The translations under genes and the position numbers were made by a program. A DNA stretch of 63,930 nucleotides, the filler included, from Aduncisulcus paluster (lineage: Eukaryota): the NCBI GenBank assembly GCA_024181965.1. It is 9 parts of 9 records of this genome, joined end to end, with 100 filler letters (N's around TTAATTAATTAA, not from the genome) between each part and the next. Parts side by side here need not be neighbours in the genome. Positions count along the whole stretch, not along the records: positions 45,275 to 62,260 come from BQXS01011737.1; positions 62,361 to 63,930 come from BQXS01011811.1; 7 more parts are not named here. The stretch is one strand, 5' to 3'. Below are positions 59,532-63,930 of the stretch, one piece after another. Each line of letters opens with the position of its first letter. Position 1 is the first letter of the stretch. The notes under the pieces are model-generated. The model worked only from the letters and a program-made list of their open reading frames with translations. It made no database searches and was not told where the DNA came from.

Positions 59532-61643
59532 ATGGATCAAACAAAGCAAATAACTAAAAGTGATTCTGGGTCATTGTCTTCTGATATTAGTATTCTCCCA
59601 GATCTTGATTCTCTATCCGCAAAAGATATTGCGTCAATTATTTCGACTTGGGAAAGAGAACAAAGTAATATTTTAAAAGAATGCAAGGATGAAGCAAATA
59701 GTTGTTCTGCTATTCTTGAAAGAAGTCGAAAGCGAGCTGCTCTAACATATGTCGAACAAGACAAAACAGCTGAGGAATTATCAAAGGCAAAATCTGAAGA
59801 GAAAGCTCGGTTAGAACGGCAAAAACAAAAGGAAGCCAAAGCCAACAAAACTCGCGCCGATGAGGCTTGTATTCGTTTGTCAACAACTGTGACAAAAGCC
59901 GCTCTGCAACAAGCCACATTCGCTTCAAATCTTCGCCCGCTCGCTGTTCTCGAATCTATTAAATCTCGTAAAGAAGGTGATGAGGGAGAAATCGATCCTG
60001 AGACCGGTGAACCCCTTGAAAAAGATGCCAATGCTGCTGTTTTGATGGCACTAAAAGCCCGAAAAGAGGCTACTGAGCAGGAAGGTGCTGCGTTATTCCT
60101 TTATAGTGGGTTAGGTGGAGGCTATTCGAAAGATGAGCGTTTGCTCCCGACTTCAATGAGAGTTGAAAGACGTCTTGAGAGATCATTCCAGGATCCAGGT
60201 CTTGTTCAGCAGGTTGAAGAAGAAGTTGGCCCTCTTAAATCAAGACTCAGGAAGAGAGAGGAGGAGAAATTAGGCTCCAAGAAGGTATTCGATCCAAAAG
60301 AGGAACTTAAACATATATCAAAGGAGCACACGATGCAACGGATGGAAGATCAGCGTATTGCTCGAGAGAAGCGTATGTATGAAGCCATGCGAGCTCGGGA
60401 AGAGCAAGAATCCGAAAAGATCATGAAAATCACCAAGAAATTGACTGAGCGTGATTCCTCTTTAACTATGCTCCCTGCTTCTCTTAAAACTATGACAATT
60501 CGCATCCAACAACGGTCTGTTAGTGCTGTGTTGGGTTCTTCGCTCATCCTTAATCATCTTCTCCAAACATGCATTCAACGGAAGGAAGAACGGAAAAAAT
60601 GGCAAGAGGAAACAAAGGCCGCTGCTGCAATCCAGAATCTCTGGCGTGCTTATAAACGAGGAGTAGAGGCTGAAAGGAAGATGAGAAGTAGTGAGATTGT
60701 TATCCGTGCCATCAGTAAGTTGGTGTTACGTCGTCGTTACATTGCCAAAAGGAAAGCCATTGGGGTTATCGTTGATTTCTTGCGCCATACTTCTAGAGTT
60801 TCTGCCTTCGGAATGTCTATTCGTAAATATCGGAAATGTTGTGTTGTAATGCAGCGTTGTGTGAGAGATTTCCAAGTTGTTACTAAAGCCCGGTCTTTGT
60901 ATGCTTTTGAGCTGTTGAAAGAGTATGAAACGAACTACATCTCCAATGAGTTAATTGAGAAATATCGTGATGAATTGATTGCTCTCAAGAAACAGACTAT
61001 GAAGGCTGACACAAGAAAGCGTGCTCCTCGAGGTGCTGGTACAAAGGCCGCTGCTGGTAAGGGTGCTAAAATGAATGTTGATGCCATTAATGCTGAGATC
61101 AGCACCAAAGTAGCCGCCTTCACTCCTCTTCCCACTGCTATCGCTTCCAAACGTGTGAGCAAGACAGCTCTCATGCGTGTTGGAAAAGAACTTGTTATCA
61201 ATCGAAGGAAAGAGATCCATGATTTGTATGAAATCACAAATGGTTTCTCCTCTTTCTCTGCTATCCCTGTATCGGTAGATGAAAGGGATCCTAGACTTTC
61301 ATTCACAGACGAACAAAGGGAAAGAATGGCCAAACTAAAGCTTGAAAAGATCAAAAAGCTGGTTGAGTTTCAGCATGGGCTGACCACCTCAGATTCCAAA
61401 TCGGAAGGAGAAGAGGTGCCAAGATTCGTTGCGAATCTTACATTCACTGTAGATTCGCCTCCTCCTCACTCCAGTGAGAGTCAGTGGGAAAAATCTCCCG
61501 TTCTTTCTTTAGCAAGACATTCTAATGGATACCTTATCCTTGGAAGCTTAATAAGAATGAGCATAAAGCCCGATGAAGGGAAAATGCTCATTTTAAGAGC
61601 TCGAGAAATCCAACATAAAATGGATTCTGGTGAAAAGTTGTAA
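59532..61643 (+). CDS. Coiled-coil protein with IQ motif(s)
   Basis: A 703-aa ORF with AAAAIQNLWRAYKR and a degenerate VVMQRCVRDF, and charged helical regions. Confidence 0.7.
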   Translation: MDQTKQITKSDSGSLSSDISILPDLDSLSAKDIASIISTWEREQSNILKECKDEANSCSAILERSRKRAALTYVEQDKTAEELSKAKSEEKARLERQKQKEAKANKTRADEACIRLSTTVTKAALQQATFASNLRPLAVLESIKSRKEGDEGEIDPETGEPLEKDANAAVLMALKARKEATEQEGAALFLYSGLGGGYSKDERLLPTSMRVERRLERSFQDPGLVQQVEEEVGPLKSRLRKREEEKLGSKKVFDPKEELKHISKEHTMQRMEDQRIAREKRMYEAMRAREEQESEKIMKITKKLTERDSSLTMLPASLKTMTIRIQQRSVSAVLGSSLILNHLLQTCIQRKEERKKWQEETKAAAAIQNLWRAYKRGVEAERKMRSSEIVIRAISKLVLRRRYIAKRKAIGVIVDFLRHTSRVSAFGMSIRKYRKCCVVMQRCVRDFQVVTKARSLYAFELLKEYETNYISNELIEKYRDELIALKKQTMKADTRKRAPRGAGTKAAAGKGAKMNVDAINAEISTKVAAFTPLPTAIASKRVSKTALMRVGKELVINRRKEIHDLYEITNGFSSFSAIPVSVDERDPRLSFTDEQRERMAKLKLEKIKKLVEFQHGLTTSDSKSEGEEVPRFVANLTFTVDSPPPHSSESQWEKSPVLSLARHSNGYLILGSLIRMSIKPDEGKMLILRAREIQHKMDSGEKL

Positions 61644-62100
61644 TTTTGAGAATGGGGAACAATGTTCCCGGAACATGCAAATATATAGTATTTTGTTAAA
61701 CAAAATTTTGTTTTATTATTTTAAAAAATAGTCCTTGGAATCTGATCAATAATGCTATTTAGACCAACTTTATTTTTTCTATTTTTTGTCAGATTCTTCC
61801 ATAATAAACCAATATAATCATAACGATATCGTAAATTACGATGATTCCATAGGTTTCCATTTTTTTGAAATGCAATTTTCAAATAAATTCAAATGAAACT
61901 ATTTATATTTTTAAATATCATAAAATAATAAATCATTTATTTTTGGCCCTACTTTGAAACAACTAATGTTTGGCTATTTTTAAATGTCTACTGTCAATTT
62001 TTCTTTTTTCTGATGTTCATATATAATATTAATGATAATTGGGCATAAGTCTTTATAATTTATAGAGTTAAATAGTTTGTATGATTTATTTTATTAATTA

Positions 62101-62259
62101 TTACAAAAGTTTTGTCTTAGAATTAAAAGTATAAAAAACGTTATTCATGAGAGTTTCTACCGACTGGCTTGCGCGTAAAGGTGTATCATACCTCCGAACA
62201 ATGCTGAACATTCGTTCAACGGATGCACCAGTCATTGGTAAGGTCTTATAAATTTGGGA
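62101..62259 (-). mobile_element. hAT-superfamily transposase C-terminal dimerisation domain, cut by the contig end
   Basis: My manual translation SQIYKTLPMTGASVERMFSIVRRYDTPLRASQSVETLMNNVFYTFNSKTKLL* has the hAT LP.T.AS.ER.FS......T..R...S.E.L signature. Confidence 0.8.
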
Positions 62260-62473
62260 TNNNNNNNNNNNNNNNNNNNNNNNNNNNNNNNNNNNNNNNN
62301 NNNNTTAATTAATTAANNNNNNNNNNNNNNNNNNNNNNNNNNNNNNNNNNNNNNNNNNNNTCAATAATGTTTTGAACTCGTTACAATTTATTAAAAATAT
62401 AGGTGGGCCAATGAAGGTCCTAAAAATAGAATGTGAGAATATGTGAAATCATATAAAAATAATAAATAAAATA

Positions 62474-63505
62474 TTAAATAATATTATATACTGCGTATAT
62501 AACATAAGGCGATATATGTGTCAATGAATAGAAGTAATCACAAAGTATTCGAGGAATAGGATATTGGTAGAGTGTGTACCACCTATATTTCATTAGATGG
62601 GAGCACGATTCCGCTGCTTGTGACTGTTTTGGTATTATAACGTTATCTTTTACATCCCGAGAAATAGGTTCAATAAGAGTTTTAACCTGCCTTTTTAATG
62701 ACTTAAGTGATGGCAGATAGAGATGATCGAGATAAGGCATAAAATCAATACCAATGCCAGAGCTAATTTCTGATACTGTAGCCTTTAATGATTGCTGAAT
62801 TTCCGTATAAAGGGATTCAGATATCTCTCTTTTCAACACCTTTTTAATCATTAATTTCACAAACGGTTGATTCTTTTCAATAATTACATGGTAAATATCT
62901 GTGTAACGAACTTCCATGTCAAGGGACGAATCGTCAATCTCGGGAGGATGGAGCTCAGTAAGTAAGTCTTCATCTGAAACTTCAGACATGGATTCAGAAG
63001 GGTCGTGGGGAACAATAATAGCTAGATCATCCTCAGATGATGGGACATGGCACAAATATCCTTGATCATCATCCATATCAGCCCCATCAAAGTCTTCTTC
63101 ACCCAATGAAATGTTATCAGTTTGATCATCAAGTTGCTCACGGCCAAAACGAGTTGAGTATAGCCTTCGTATATCATCTTTCCTAATTGAAGGATAATCT
63201 GTAGAATTTACAAAAATGAATGCAGGTTCTGGTGAAATAAAAGTGAAGAAATGATATGCGTTTGAACCAAGGAATATCTTTTCTTTTGGGTCTGAACAAT
63301 AACACATCATATCCTTTGGACTCCAAAATCGGCAACATCTTCTCTTTTGGCGGTGTCCAAGTTCTCGGCGACACGTTTCACAAATCATTTTTATATCTTT
63401 CTTTTTCAACTCATTAATGGGGTATGCGTCAATTATTTTAAATGATTCGGTTTCAAAGAGGCTTCCTTGGCAATATAGTAAATGTTTTATCATTGATACT
63501 GTCAA
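62474..63505 (-). CDS. Hypothetical protein with Cys cluster, possibly CACTA/EnSpm transposon-derived
   Basis: CETC..CC..CYC cluster, acidic linker, and LPSLKSLKRQVKTLIEPISRDV...YQYPIPRIL. Start uncertain. Confidence 0.4.
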   Translation of the reverse strand: MTVSMIKHLLYCQGSLFETESFKIIDAYPINELKKKDIKMICETCRRELGHRQKRRCCRFWSPKDMMCYCSDPKEKIFLGSNAYHFFTFISPEPAFIFVNSTDYPSIRKDDIRRLYSTRFGREQLDDQTDNISLGEEDFDGADMDDDQGYLCHVPSSEDDLAIIVPHDPSESMSEVSDEDLLTELHPPEIDDSSLDMEVRYTDIYHVIIEKNQPFVKLMIKKVLKREISESLYTEIQQSLKATVSEISSGIGIDFMPYLDHLYLPSLKSLKRQVKTLIEPISRDVKDNVIIPKQSQAAESCSHLMKYRWYTLYQYPIPRILCDYFYSLTHISPYVIYAVYNII

Positions 63506-63546
63506 GAAAAAAACGAATTCAAATTCAACTTTTAAAGTGCTACATT

Positions 63547-63927
63547 TTATTCAAAATCATATTCCAAAAACTCAACAGGATGATCTTCTGGCAATGTATC
63601 TTTTTTTATGAATTCACCCCAGCTTGATTCCAGGCAATAGAACTCAATTTCATAAGAGTAAATTCCCCTCGTCAATAATTCCCTTTTAAATAGTGGAATT
63701 TCACTTAAAAGTCTAATTGGTTTTCTTTTTAAGTTATTATACTTTTCTTGGACCTTGGACTTAAGGTGAAAAGAATAAAACTGGAAAATTTCACTCTCAG
63801 AGGCCCTATGGAATATCTCACCAAACATTTCACTCTTGAGAATTTCCATTTTAATAATATCCTCTTTTTTCCCTAAAGATAGGATTCTTGGTTTCTTAAT
63901 TGAACTACTAGTAAATTCTTTCTTCAA
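63547..63927 (-). CDS. Hypothetical ORF, possibly an upstream part of the same gene or element
   Basis: A 126-codon open frame on the same strand, 41 nt from the next ORF. Confidence 0.35.
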   Translation of the reverse strand: MKKEFTSSSIKKPRILSLGKKEDIIKMEILKSEMFGEIFHRASESEIFQFYSFHLKSKVQEKYNNLKRKPIRLLSEIPLFKRELLTRGIYSYEIEFYCLESSWGEFIKKDTLPEDHPVEFLEYDFE

Positions 63928-63930
63928 TAG

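Overview
This is eukaryotic, gene-dense, intron-poor DNA in the standard genetic code, from a flagellated protist. The expanded gene families resemble those I recall from the fornicate Aduncisulcus paluster (inference). The window is not contiguous: it is 9 contig pieces joined by 100-nt N-TTAATTAATTAA-N linkers, plus four 20-N gaps flanked by duplicated sequence. Recognisable genes are DNAAF3, a TmcB/TmcC-like membrane protein, two LRR proteins, a lineage-specific repeat-domain kinase, three LRR/EGF surface proteins, an OFA-family MFS transporter, a NEPRO/RMP1-like protein, a calpain-like protein, a PMCA Ca-ATPase, RPS13, LSG1, Dopey, TRAPPC11, an arrestin-domain protein, an EH-IQCH fusion, YIPF6 and an IQ protein, plus a hAT transposase C-terminus missed by the ORF track. 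The best leads are chains of perfect 1-nt-centred palindromes in intergenic DNA, hairpin-associated GTGG-donor mini-intron candidates (RPS13, transporter leader), and modular LRR/EGF surface receptors. All family calls come from motif recognition, not database searches. No rRNA, tRNA or CRISPR array was seen.
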